Shown: positions 1 through 8,957 of the stretch, piece by piece
How positions within the stretch are numbered: the stretch's first letter is position 1
How the letters are laid out: each line of letters starts with the position of its first letter
Origin: Candidatus Poribacteria bacterium
GTDB taxonomy: Bacteria; Poribacteria; WGA-4E; WGA-3G
Length of the DNA stretch: 64,000 bases
Direction of reading: 5' to 3'
Assembly: GCA_965200395.1 (NCBI GenBank)
Contig: CBDAUH010000002.1
Span: forward strand, 244,091 to 308,090
Program-made: the position numbers and the translations under genes
The notes under the pieces: generated by a model
Told to the model about the DNA's origin: nothing
Seen by the model: the letters and a program-made list of their open reading frames with translations, nothing else
The model's database searches: none

Positions 1-605
1 TTTCGGGCACAGGTCTCAGCAAAGAACCGAGTCGGAGTGCAACATTGTATGCAATAGAACAAGCGAAATCTATGGAGCGAAACGTGTTCCTGGATTTGGA
101 TTTTCGGGCTGACCAATGGCATGACCCACGCGCCTATGGCATCAACATTAGGGCCGCATTACATAACGTTGATATCGCAATCGGAACAGAGGAGGAGATT
201 ATGGCTGCATCACTTACTGATGTTTCACAGGTGTCAGTTGAAGATTCTCAAATCTCAAATCCGAATATTGAAGGAGATTTGAACGCTGCAATAGCAAACG
301 TTTTGAATGCTAGTCCAAACGCATTAGCAGTGAAACGTGGCAGCGATGGTGCAGACATTTATTTGAAGGATGGAAAAGTTTTACACGCGCCACCTTTTCC
401 TGTTGAAATCTATAACACGCTTGGGGCAGGAGATGCGTTTGCAAGTGGGTTTATCTATGGTCTCTTAAACGGGTGGGATTGGCAAAAATCGGCACGGCTC
501 GGTAATGCAACCGGTGCCATCGTTGTCACACGACATGGTTGTGCAAACTTTATGCCTACAATGCCAGAAGTAGACGCTTTTGTAGAACAAAGAGGTGGTT
601 TATAA
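1..605 (+). CDS. PfkB-family sugar kinase, C-terminal part (IolC / 5-dehydro-2-deoxygluconokinase-like); 5' end lies outside the window
   Basis: Translation ends ...LGAGDAFASGFIYGLLNGWDW...VVTRHGCA, matching the PfkB C-terminal GAGD anion-hole motif. It lies directly upstream of iolD. Confidence 0.6.
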   Translation, partial: SGTGLSKEPSRSATLYAIEQAKSMERNVFLDLDFRADQWHDPRAYGINIRAALHNVDIAIGTEEEIMAASLTDVSQVSVEDSQISNPNIEGDLNAAIANVLNASPNALAVKRGSDGADIYLKDGKVLHAPPFPVEIYNTLGAGDAFASGFIYGLLNGWDWQKSARLGNATGAIVVTRHGCANFMPTMPEVDAFVEQRGGL

Positions 606-661
606 TGCTTAATATGTATAAGTAGATCGGGATTTTTTTTAGAGGAAATCGAAGATAACGA

Positions 662-1372
662 ATGAATTCAAATAAGTCAAGATATGATTCTTTTGTCAAG
701 ACTATATCCGGCCATCCTTATTACCGCATCTTCGCGTTACCGAAAGAATCTGATCGGAACATTGTATCTACCGAAAATCAACGCCTACGCGATATTTTGT
801 ATAATCCTCCGAATAAGCGTTTTGCTGGTTTTGGTGTTACAGGACTATGGAAAGAGAAGATGTATCAATTGGAAGATGGTATAAAGGGTAGTAATATAGC
901 TGGTGGTGAAATTACCTTGCTAAACGATGGATATTTTGAAGTCAATTGTCCTATTAATATCCAGTTTCAAAGAGGATGGGGATCCCCACAATTTGCAATT
1001 CCAAAATCTGTAAAATGGTTGTATCCGTATGTAGTAATTGAGTTCCCTGTCTCATTCCTACGGTTAGTCAAGGATATTTATGATGCATCTGGCATTGATT
1101 CTGACGTATTTATTCAACAGAACTACCATAATATCACTGGGTATGCGTTACCAGAAGGACCACCTACCTATCCTACGTTTGGTGCTTTTTTGGATGAAAG
1201 AGGTGTGTACGAAGAGGTGTCCCCCATTCATTCTGAACAACGGACTGGCCACAATTTTAACCCTGACTATATTGCTTACGGTTTAGTCAGAGACGTATAT
1301 GCCAAATTTGGCATAATAGATCCTCGAGCGATTCCTGCATTTGATGAAAAAGGAAATTTTATTTTAGAATAA
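662..1372 (+). CDS. hypothetical protein (236 aa) between the iolC-like gene and iolD
   Basis: Long ORF with coding-like composition. No recognisable motif. Confidence 0.4.
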   Translation: MNSNKSRYDSFVKTISGHPYYRIFALPKESDRNIVSTENQRLRDILYNPPNKRFAGFGVTGLWKEKMYQLEDGIKGSNIAGGEITLLNDGYFEVNCPINIQFQRGWGSPQFAIPKSVKWLYPYVVIEFPVSFLRLVKDIYDASGIDSDVFIQQNYHNITGYALPEGPPTYPTFGAFLDERGVYEEVSPIHSEQRTGHNFNPDYIAYGLVRDVYAKFGIIDPRAIPAFDEKGNFILE

Positions 1373-1483
1373 CCTAAAAATGTGCATGGATGCCATCTTT
1401 GGTAGAAAAAACTTTAGGTTACATAGTCATATAGGCAAAATGTAAAGTTGGATTTCAATATATACAAGATAGGAGATATTAAA

Positions 1484-3352
1484 ATGAACACCCGCAAACT
1501 AACAATGGGACAAGCGGTAGTCCAATTTCTTACGAAGCAATATGTTGAACGAGATGGAATTGAGAGGGCGTTTTTCGCAGGCATGTTTGGTATATTCGGA
1601 CACGGAAACGTAGCGGGGATCGGTCAAGCATTACATCAATATTCGGATATGTTTCGTTTTTATCAAACCCGTAACGAACAGTCTATGGTGCATACTGCCG
1701 CTGCTTATGCCAAAATGAGTAATCGTCTCAGTACATTTGCATGCACATCATCTATCGGTCCGGGGGCAACGAATATGCTTACCGGGGCTGCGGGCGCAAC
1801 AATAAACCGACTGCCTGTTTTATTATTACCGGGTGATATTTTCTCAACGCGTTTAGTTGCTCCTGTTTTGCAGCAGTTAGAATCTCCGAATTCACAAGAC
1901 TTCTCTGTGAACGATTGTTTCAAACCCGTTTCTCGCTATTGGGATCGCATCAATCGGCCTGAACAGATTATCACTGCGCTACCGGAAGCAATGCGTGTTC
2001 TCACATCACAAGCGGAAACAGGCACTGTCACTTTAGCCCTACCGCAAGATGTTCAAGCGGAAGCGTTCGACTACCCTGAACAATTATTTGAAAAACGGGT
2101 TTATGCTATTCCGAGACCGCGTGCAGATGAGGGGCTACTCAAACAAGCAGTTACATGGATTTCAAATAGTGAAAAACCTTTGATTATTGCTGGTGGTGGT
2201 GTCATTTATAGTGAGGCAACTGAGCAATTGGCGAAATTTGTGGAACAAACCGGCATGCCAGTCGGGGAAACATTTGCTGGAAAAGGTTCGCTTCGGTATG
2301 ACCATCCACAAAATTTGGGTGCAATTGGTGCAACTGGCACGCCTGGTGCAAATATCGCTGCGCGTGATGCAGATTTAGTCATCGCTATTGGAACACGGCT
2401 CAGTGATTTCACTACCGCATCTAAAACTGCCTTTCAAAATCCGAATGTTCGATTTATCAATATTAACATTGCAGAATTTGATGCTGCAAAACATGCGTCA
2501 CTCCCTTTAGTCGCAGACGCTCGTATTACGCTCACTGAATTATCAAATGCCGTTAGTGCTTATCGTATAAATAGTGACTATGCGACACAGATAGAAAATT
2601 ACCGAGATTCTTGGCATGAAGAAGTAGAAAGATTGTTCCATCTGGATAACCTTCCCTTACCAAGCCAGAGTGAAGTTATCGGCGTTGTTAACGAATTTTC
2701 GCGACCAGAAGATGTTGTTGTCTGTGCAGCTGGAAGTCTACCCGGAGATCTCCACAAACTATGGCGGGCGCGCAATCCAAAGCAGTTCCATCTGGAGTAC
2801 GGTTACTCTTGCATGGGGTACGAAATTGCTGGTGGTTTAGGTATCAAAATGGCTGATCCTACGCGTGATGTCTATGTCCTTGTCGGGGATGGTTCGTATC
2901 TGATGTTGGCACAAGAGATTATCACCTCAATTCAGGAAAACTATAAATTAATTATCGTGTTGATAAATAACGATGGCCACAGCAGTATCGGAGGTTTGTC
3001 GGAGGCTACAGGAGCACAAGGGTTTGCCACTCGATTTCGATTTCGTGATGAGAACACTGGAGAACTCAGGGGAGATATATTACCTGTTGACCTCGCTGCG
3101 AATGCAGAAAGCCTCGGTGCTCATGTCATTGAGGTGACATCCCCGCAAGCGTTAAAGATCGCTTTGCAAGACGCTCGTGATGCTGATCGGACAACCGTTG
3201 TCAAAATAGATGTTGATTATGATACAAGGGTGCCGCAGTATGAATCATGGTGGGATGTTCCTGTCGCTGAGGTTTCAGAAATAGACAGTGCTAAACAGGC
3301 ATTTCGAGAGTATCAAACAGCGAAACAGAAAGAGCGATATTTCCTTGGGTAA
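1484..3352 (+). CDS. iolD: 3D-(3,5/4)-trihydroxycyclohexane-1,2-dione hydrolase (ThDP-dependent, IolD)
   Basis: ATG at 1484 preceded by AGGAGAT (1471-1477). N-terminus MNTRKLTMGQAVVQFL...GIFGHGNVAGIGQAL is IolD-like. Middle of the protein carries a ThDP-binding-like fold (GDGSYLM...NNDG). Confidence 0.8.
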   Translation: MNTRKLTMGQAVVQFLTKQYVERDGIERAFFAGMFGIFGHGNVAGIGQALHQYSDMFRFYQTRNEQSMVHTAAAYAKMSNRLSTFACTSSIGPGATNMLTGAAGATINRLPVLLLPGDIFSTRLVAPVLQQLESPNSQDFSVNDCFKPVSRYWDRINRPEQIITALPEAMRVLTSQAETGTVTLALPQDVQAEAFDYPEQLFEKRVYAIPRPRADEGLLKQAVTWISNSEKPLIIAGGGVIYSEATEQLAKFVEQTGMPVGETFAGKGSLRYDHPQNLGAIGATGTPGANIAARDADLVIAIGTRLSDFTTASKTAFQNPNVRFININIAEFDAAKHASLPLVADARITLTELSNAVSAYRINSDYATQIENYRDSWHEEVERLFHLDNLPLPSQSEVIGVVNEFSRPEDVVVCAAGSLPGDLHKLWRARNPKQFHLEYGYSCMGYEIAGGLGIKMADPTRDVYVLVGDGSYLMLAQEIITSIQENYKLIIVLINNDGHSSIGGLSEATGAQGFATRFRFRDENTGELRGDILPVDLAANAESLGAHVIEVTSPQALKIALQDARDADRTTVVKIDVDYDTRVPQYESWWDVPVAEVSEIDSAKQAFREYQTAKQKERYFLG

Positions 3353-3423
3353 GGTGGTGTACAGTTTTTAAGATAAAACTTATTTATCTAATGAACTCGA
3401 CTTTGCAAGGAGAAACTAAAATT

Positions 3424-3663
3424 ATGAAAACATCAGAACTATTAGAAAAACTAAAAGCAGGTGAAGCTATTCCGTGCAGTAACTGTGAAGGCGGAATTCT
3501 AGCAGATGAGATGATGAATTTCGCTTTTAAATTAGGAAAACTTGCCCCGCGCATGGAAAATACAAATGTCGGAAATATTACCTGTGTTCAGTGTCAAATA
3601 GACGATCCTGATATAAAAATTACACCGCGCGGGCCCGATGTCAAATTCGTCCGTGGAGATTAG
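3424..3663 (+). CDS. small zinc-ribbon protein (two CxxC pairs)
   Basis: AAGGAG RBS 11 nt upstream of ATG 3424. CSNCEGG...CVQCQ cysteine pairs. Confidence 0.4.
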   Translation: MKTSELLEKLKAGEAIPCSNCEGGILADEMMNFAFKLGKLAPRMENTNVGNITCVQCQIDDPDIKITPRGPDVKFVRGD

Positions 3664-3673
3664 TTTTCCAGAT

Positions 3674-4423
3674 ATGGAAATCATTATGTCGGATATGATT
3701 GTCGGTAGAAATCCGGTTATAGAGGCACTCCGAAGCGGTGCAAGGCAGATAGAAACAATACTAATTGTTAAAGACAATACACATCCGCGTCTTCGCCAGA
3801 TAATTGATGCTGCTGACCGGAGCGGTATCCCGTATCAACGATGCCCAAGGCATCATCTTGATAAACTTCACCCAAACCACCAAGGCGTTATCGCTTATAT
3901 CAGTGAGTTTCGATACGCAGATTTTTCAGTTTTACTTAAGAGAGTCCAGAACAAAGAAAATATGCCTGCAGTCTTAATCATGTTAGACCAGATACATGAT
4001 CCGAGGAATTTAGGCGCAATTATTCGAACTGCTAATGCAACCGATGCAGATGGCGTGCTGATCCCTAAAAACAACGCCGTTGATGTTACTGCAGCAGTTC
4101 ACAAAGCAGCAGTAGGTAGCACCGAATATACCCCAATTTCAAAAGTGACAAATCTTGCACAAACCATTGAGAAACTAAAGTCATTCGATATATGGGTTGT
4201 TGGTGCAGATGAGAACGCCGAGATGTCCTATACTGATGCCGACTTCACAGTGCCGTTATGTATCGTTTTAGGCAATGAAGGTGAGGGGATACGACGACTT
4301 GTAAAACAAAAATGTGACTACCTCGTACATCTCCCGATTTTGGGCAAAATACAATCATTGAACGTGTCTGTTGCAACGGGAGTTCTGTTATATGAAGTTC
4401 TCAGGCAACGTTCTGCTAAATAA
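3674..4423 (+). CDS. rlmB: 23S rRNA (guanosine-2'-O)-methyltransferase, SpoU/TrmH family (RlmB-like)
   Basis: GRNPVIEALRSG...LDQIHDPRNLGAIIRTANA...IVLGNEGEGI are SpoU motifs. Start could equally be 3686. Confidence 0.75.
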   Translation: MEIIMSDMIVGRNPVIEALRSGARQIETILIVKDNTHPRLRQIIDAADRSGIPYQRCPRHHLDKLHPNHQGVIAYISEFRYADFSVLLKRVQNKENMPAVLIMLDQIHDPRNLGAIIRTANATDADGVLIPKNNAVDVTAAVHKAAVGSTEYTPISKVTNLAQTIEKLKSFDIWVVGADENAEMSYTDADFTVPLCIVLGNEGEGIRRLVKQKCDYLVHLPILGKIQSLNVSVATGVLLYEVLRQRSAK

Positions 4424-5165
4424 CACCCTCCTCTTTCAAACTGTAAAATATACCATCACCGATAATAATGTGATCTAACACTTTGATGCCAACATAGTTA
4501 CCAGCTTCGATCAGCTGTTTCGTAGCACGGATGTCCTCTTGACTCGGTTGCGGGTCGCCAGAGGGGTGGTTATGTGCCAAAACTATGGAGTTTGCAGATT
4601 CCTCAATTGCAAATCGGAAAATCTCTCTGGGATGAAATACACTTGAGTTTAAAGTTCCCTCAAATACATTTTCCTCAGAGACCAGTTTTTTGCCCCACTG
4701 AATTTCGTTATCTGCGTCACCTGCAATACCCTGTGTGGTGACACCGCCTTTGGTGTCGAGGCACATCACACAGACGACTTCCTGACGGAGATCGCGCATC
4801 AGTGGCATCAATAGGTCGGCAACATCGCTTGGAGAGGAAATCTTTACCCGTTCAGCATGATAACGTGCTAACCGTCTTCCCAATTCAAAAGCAGCAACAA
4901 GTTGTGCTGCTTTAGCAGCCCCAACCCCTTTTATAGATTCAAATTGTTTAGGACGATTTTCTGCCATCCTTTTTAGATCGCTATCATACTCCTTAAGTAT
5001 CAGTTCACCGAGTTCAACAGCAGTAGTGCCTTTGTAGCCACTTTTGAGAAGGAGTGCGATCAGTTCTGAAGTCTTTAGATGTGAGGGACCGTGTTTATAA
5101 AGTCGTTCTCTGGGACGTTCATCTTTAGGTAAATCTTTTATTCTTAATTTATCAACATCGTACAT
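4416..5165 (-). CDS. radC: RadC-like JAB-domain protein (UPF0758)
   Basis: MYDVDKLRIKDLPKDERPRERL...HNHPSGDPQPSQEDIRATKQL is the RadC HhH N-terminus plus the JAMM-like HNHPSG motif. The ORF-track start at 5402 is an upstream over-extension. Confidence 0.75.
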   Translation of the reverse strand: MYDVDKLRIKDLPKDERPRERLYKHGPSHLKTSELIALLLKSGYKGTTAVELGELILKEYDSDLKRMAENRPKQFESIKGVGAAKAAQLVAAFELGRRLARYHAERVKISSPSDVADLLMPLMRDLRQEVVCVMCLDTKGGVTTQGIAGDADNEIQWGKKLVSEENVFEGTLNSSVFHPREIFRFAIEESANSIVLAHNHPSGDPQPSQEDIRATKQLIEAGNYVGIKVLDHIIIGDGIFYSLKEEGVI

Positions 5166-5545
5166 CTCGTTCCCTTTAGTAAAAAATAGTGTTGTACGTT
5201 GGGTTAAAGTATAGTCAATTTTAGCAATAAAGGCAAGTGAAATTCGAAGTAAACTGCATTTCAATGGACATGATTCGGATCGATTGTAAATAGCAGTGCG
5301 TAATGTTAATTTCTTTTGACAATTTTGATGATTAGGAATACAATTTACGATAGGATGTGCATGGAAACTTGTGCATCTGAACGCCACGATTGCGTGGCAC
5401 AAGGAGAAAAAGAATGAAATTCAAGCAGATAAGGACTCCCGTAAAGCGTTTGAACAAATGTTGATTAACATAGCAAATAAATAGGAGAAAAGATGGAAAA
5501 TACAATGGATAATAAGGAACCCACAATCTCTGCCAGAGGAAGCAC

Positions 5546-6388
5546 ATGAATAAAAAAAGGTTATTCTATACGACCCTTGCGGCTGTAATTATAATTGGTA
5601 TTGGCGTTTTTTATGTTCATACCCAACGTCAAAAGAACTTTGCAAAAACGCGTGAAGTATTTGCCCCCATATATGCCTATTCAGGAAAACTCACACCAGA
5701 ACAACAGAAAAAATATTCAGAACTTACTAATTCACTTATGAACGTCTCACCTGATGCCGCGCAAAAATACAGACTACCGCAACGTGAACACCTAATGTTA
5801 GAAGCACACACAATGACTTTATATCGTGACAATCCTGAACTGTTACTAATGGGGCATAGGGCATTTCCTGCTGATACAGATATCGGACCCTATCAGCGAC
5901 ACTTCGGTATCCTTGCCCTGATTGCGAAAACTAAGTTGGCAGATTTACCAGCAGATAGTAGGAAAGTGATGGTCATGCAGCTTGAATCACTCAATATAAG
6001 ACTGGTTAAAAACAGCGTTGGTGCATATATTGATAAAATCAGAGAAACTTCTTCCAATTCATCTAAACCACGTCCTAATATTACCTTTGGAGTCGTTGCC
6101 TATTCAAGAAGGGGCGAGACACAACCGATCTTTCAAGAAGACGGTTCTATGAAAATGCCAGAAGAACGAAAACGTGGTGTTGCTCACATTACTGATATTT
6201 ATGGAAAAGAGTATACGGTCGACCTTGATTCCCTCGCAGCTACTGCTGTGACAGAAGATACAAGCGAATTGTACGCTAAAATTGATCGTCTCTTTGAAGA
6301 ACTCACCGATCAGGAATTCCAGAGGCTTTCAACGCTCAGTAAAACTGAGAGAACCGAAGCTATAGAGACGTTGTTTTCATCTCTATAG
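5546..6388 (+). CDS. hypothetical membrane-anchored protein (N-terminal TM helix)
   Basis: N-terminus LFYTTLAAVIIIGIGVFYV is hydrophobic. No known motif. Confidence 0.4.
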   Translation: MNKKRLFYTTLAAVIIIGIGVFYVHTQRQKNFAKTREVFAPIYAYSGKLTPEQQKKYSELTNSLMNVSPDAAQKYRLPQREHLMLEAHTMTLYRDNPELLLMGHRAFPADTDIGPYQRHFGILALIAKTKLADLPADSRKVMVMQLESLNIRLVKNSVGAYIDKIRETSSNSSKPRPNITFGVVAYSRRGETQPIFQEDGSMKMPEERKRGVAHITDIYGKEYTVDLDSLAATAVTEDTSELYAKIDRLFEELTDQEFQRLSTLSKTERTEAIETLFSSL

Positions 6389-6454
6389 ATGTTATGTTCA
6401 TGATTGTTCTTTCTTTGTTCAATTAGAAAATCGTATCTGTACTTCACCCTCATT

Positions 6455-8479
6455 ATGGGAATACACCAACCAGACGGTACACATCTCATAAAACTTGATC
6501 CGTTTCTAAAACCTTACGCCCCCCAATTGCGTCAACGGTTCGAACACTATCAACATTTTAAATCAGTTATTGAGAAAACCGGTGGCATCTTAGGTGAGAT
6601 GAGTCGAGGACACCTTTATTTCGGTTTCAATAGGGGTGAGTCTGGTGTTTGGTACCGAGAATGGGCACCTGCCGCACATTCCCTCTCCCTCATAGGTGAT
6701 TTCAACGATTGGAATCGTGATGCAAACCCTATGTCCATTGATGACTGGGGAATATGGCATCTTTTCTTGCCTGATGAAGATTATTCTGACCGATTGACAC
6801 ACGGTAGCCGAATCAAAGTGCATGTCAAATCTGCGCTTGGTGAACATGATAGAATTCCCGCCTATATCCAACGTGTTATTCAAGAAAGTAAAACAGCGTT
6901 CACAGGACAATATTGGTTTCCACCGAAGGCATATCAATGGCAACATGAATCTCCACAACTTGATACTACGACAGAAGGTTTGAGGATTCACGAAGCACAC
7001 GTTGGCATGGCACAAGAGGAAGAAAAGGTCGGCACTTTTACTGAGTTCACGCAGAACGTACTGCCGAGAATTGCCAATTTAGGATACAACACAATCCAAC
7101 TCATGGCGATCATGGAACATCCGTATTATGCAAGTTTTGGATATCACGTTAGCAATTTCTTCGCTGTCTCAAGTCGCTTCGGAACACCTGAAGATTTGAA
7201 AGCACTCATTGATACTGCACACGGAATGGGTTTGTTGGTCATCATGGATTTGGTGCATAGTCATGCTGTAAAGAATATCAACGAGGGTTTGAACCGTTTT
7301 GATGGCACGGATCATCACTATTTTCATGCAGGAACAAGAGGTGAACATATCGCTTGGGACTCGCTCTGTTTCGATTATAGCAAATACGAAGTACAACGAT
7401 TTCTGTTGAGCAACATCCGCTATTGGTTGGAAACTTTTCGCTTTGACGGTTTCAGATTTGATGGTGTCACAAGCATGCTTTACAATGATCACGGACTTGG
7501 ACAGGAATTCACAGGTTATTCTGATTACTTCAATACTAACGTTGCGTTAGACGCAATCGCCTATCTGATGTTGGCAAACGAGGTAGTCCATGTTGTCAAT
7601 CCTAACGCAATTTCCATCGCTGAAGATATGAGCGGAATGCCAGGCCTTGCACGCCCTATTGACGAAGGTGGGCTCGATTTCGATTATCGCTTAGCGATGG
7701 GAATTCCTGATTATTGGATTCGGTTATTGAAGGAGAAAGAAGACGAGGCTTGGCATATCGGTGAGATTTACGGTATGTTACGCAACCGCCGCACAGGTGA
7801 AAAGCATATCGCTTACGTAGAAAGCCATGACCAAAGTATTGTTGGAGACAAGACGCTTGCAATGCAGTTGATGGACGGTGAACTCTATACAAAGATGAGT
7901 ATTTTCACGCCGAGTCTTCGGATTGCACGTGGTGTTGCATTGCACAAATTGATCCGCCTTCTCACATTTAGTTTAGGTGGTGAAGGATATCTCAACTTTA
8001 TGGGAAATGAGTTTGGACATCCAGAATGGATTGATTTCCCGCGAGCAGGAAACAACAATTCCTATTGGTATGCACGCAGGCAGTGGCATCTTGTTGACGA
8101 TGATACCCTATATTACAAGCATCTCAACGGTTTTTATATTGCAATGCAGCAGCTTGATGTGAATTATCACCTATTCTCATCTGAGGAAATTCAGGTGTTA
8201 TCCATTCATGAGGACGCGAAACAGATTGTATATACGCGCGGTGGACTTGTGTTTGTGTTCAACTTGCATCCGACTGTGTCTGCCACGGATTTGCGTATTC
8301 CTGTCCCTGAAAAGACAGATTATTGCATTATCCTCAACTCTGATGATACTGATTTCGGTGGTTACGGTGCAGTTGAAAGCATCCATTATCCCTGGCAAGA
8401 TGTCGAAATGGAAGGATATAGGCAATCTATTCAACTTTATCTCCCTGCCCGAAGCGCGCAGGTGTTAGTATCAGAATAA
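6455..8479 (+). CDS. glgB: 1,4-alpha-glucan branching enzyme, GH13 (eukaryote/plant-like GH13_8 type)
   Basis: GH13 catalytic regions: FRFDGVTSMLY, GMLVIMDLVHSH, ESHDQSIVGDKT, and a CBM48-like N-terminus (WYREWAPAAHSLSLIGDFNDWN). Confidence 0.85.
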   Translation: MGIHQPDGTHLIKLDPFLKPYAPQLRQRFEHYQHFKSVIEKTGGILGEMSRGHLYFGFNRGESGVWYREWAPAAHSLSLIGDFNDWNRDANPMSIDDWGIWHLFLPDEDYSDRLTHGSRIKVHVKSALGEHDRIPAYIQRVIQESKTAFTGQYWFPPKAYQWQHESPQLDTTTEGLRIHEAHVGMAQEEEKVGTFTEFTQNVLPRIANLGYNTIQLMAIMEHPYYASFGYHVSNFFAVSSRFGTPEDLKALIDTAHGMGLLVIMDLVHSHAVKNINEGLNRFDGTDHHYFHAGTRGEHIAWDSLCFDYSKYEVQRFLLSNIRYWLETFRFDGFRFDGVTSMLYNDHGLGQEFTGYSDYFNTNVALDAIAYLMLANEVVHVVNPNAISIAEDMSGMPGLARPIDEGGLDFDYRLAMGIPDYWIRLLKEKEDEAWHIGEIYGMLRNRRTGEKHIAYVESHDQSIVGDKTLAMQLMDGELYTKMSIFTPSLRIARGVALHKLIRLLTFSLGGEGYLNFMGNEFGHPEWIDFPRAGNNNSYWYARRQWHLVDDDTLYYKHLNGFYIAMQQLDVNYHLFSSEEIQVLSIHEDAKQIVYTRGGLVFVFNLHPTVSATDLRIPVPEKTDYCIILNSDDTDFGGYGAVESIHYPWQDVEMEGYRQSIQLYLPARSAQVLVSE

Positions 8480-8505
8480 AACCCTAATTGTGATAATATC
8501 TTGTT

Positions 8506-8534
8506 TTGACAATCTGATATTTGTATGATATAAT
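8506..8534 (+). promoter_or_regulatory. sigma70-type promoter TTGACA-N17-TATAAT upstream of the 75-aa ORF
   Basis: Perfect consensus hexamers with a 17-nt spacer at 8506-8511 and 8529-8534. Confidence 0.5.
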
Positions 8535-8592
8535 AACAACCTACTTTACCTGATTAACAACACCTCTTGATTGCTTAGAAGGAAATAAATAA

Positions 8593-8820
8593 ATGAAGAA
8601 GGAAGTTGATCTGCTCAATCCAGAAACTAGTGAAGTTATCAAGGAAGTTCGCGAAATAAGGTATAGAATATCAGAAAAATATGATCATGATCTTTATAAA
8701 TTACTTGCTCATTACCAAGAAATAGGCGAAAGATTGCGGAAAACCGGTAAGTACAAGTTCGTTGATCCTGAACCATCTAATCAGAATCCTGCTTTCTCGA
8801 AATCATCAACAAGTGACTGA
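8593..8820 (+). CDS. hypothetical small protein (75 aa)
   Basis: GGAA-rich RBS followed by ATG. Sits downstream of the consensus promoter. Confidence 0.4.
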   Translation: MKKEVDLLNPETSEVIKEVREIRYRISEKYDHDLYKLLAHYQEIGERLRKTGKYKFVDPEPSNQNPAFSKSSTSD

Positions 8821-8957
8821 GAAACTCCGTAGAAATTGTTAACGCAATTGCCACAACCGAGGGCAGATCTGTTCGATGCACAACCTGGAAAGGTTATGCT
8901 ACAAAGAGACACAACCTAGAAAGGTTGTGCTACAAAATATACTTCATAGAACTCACG

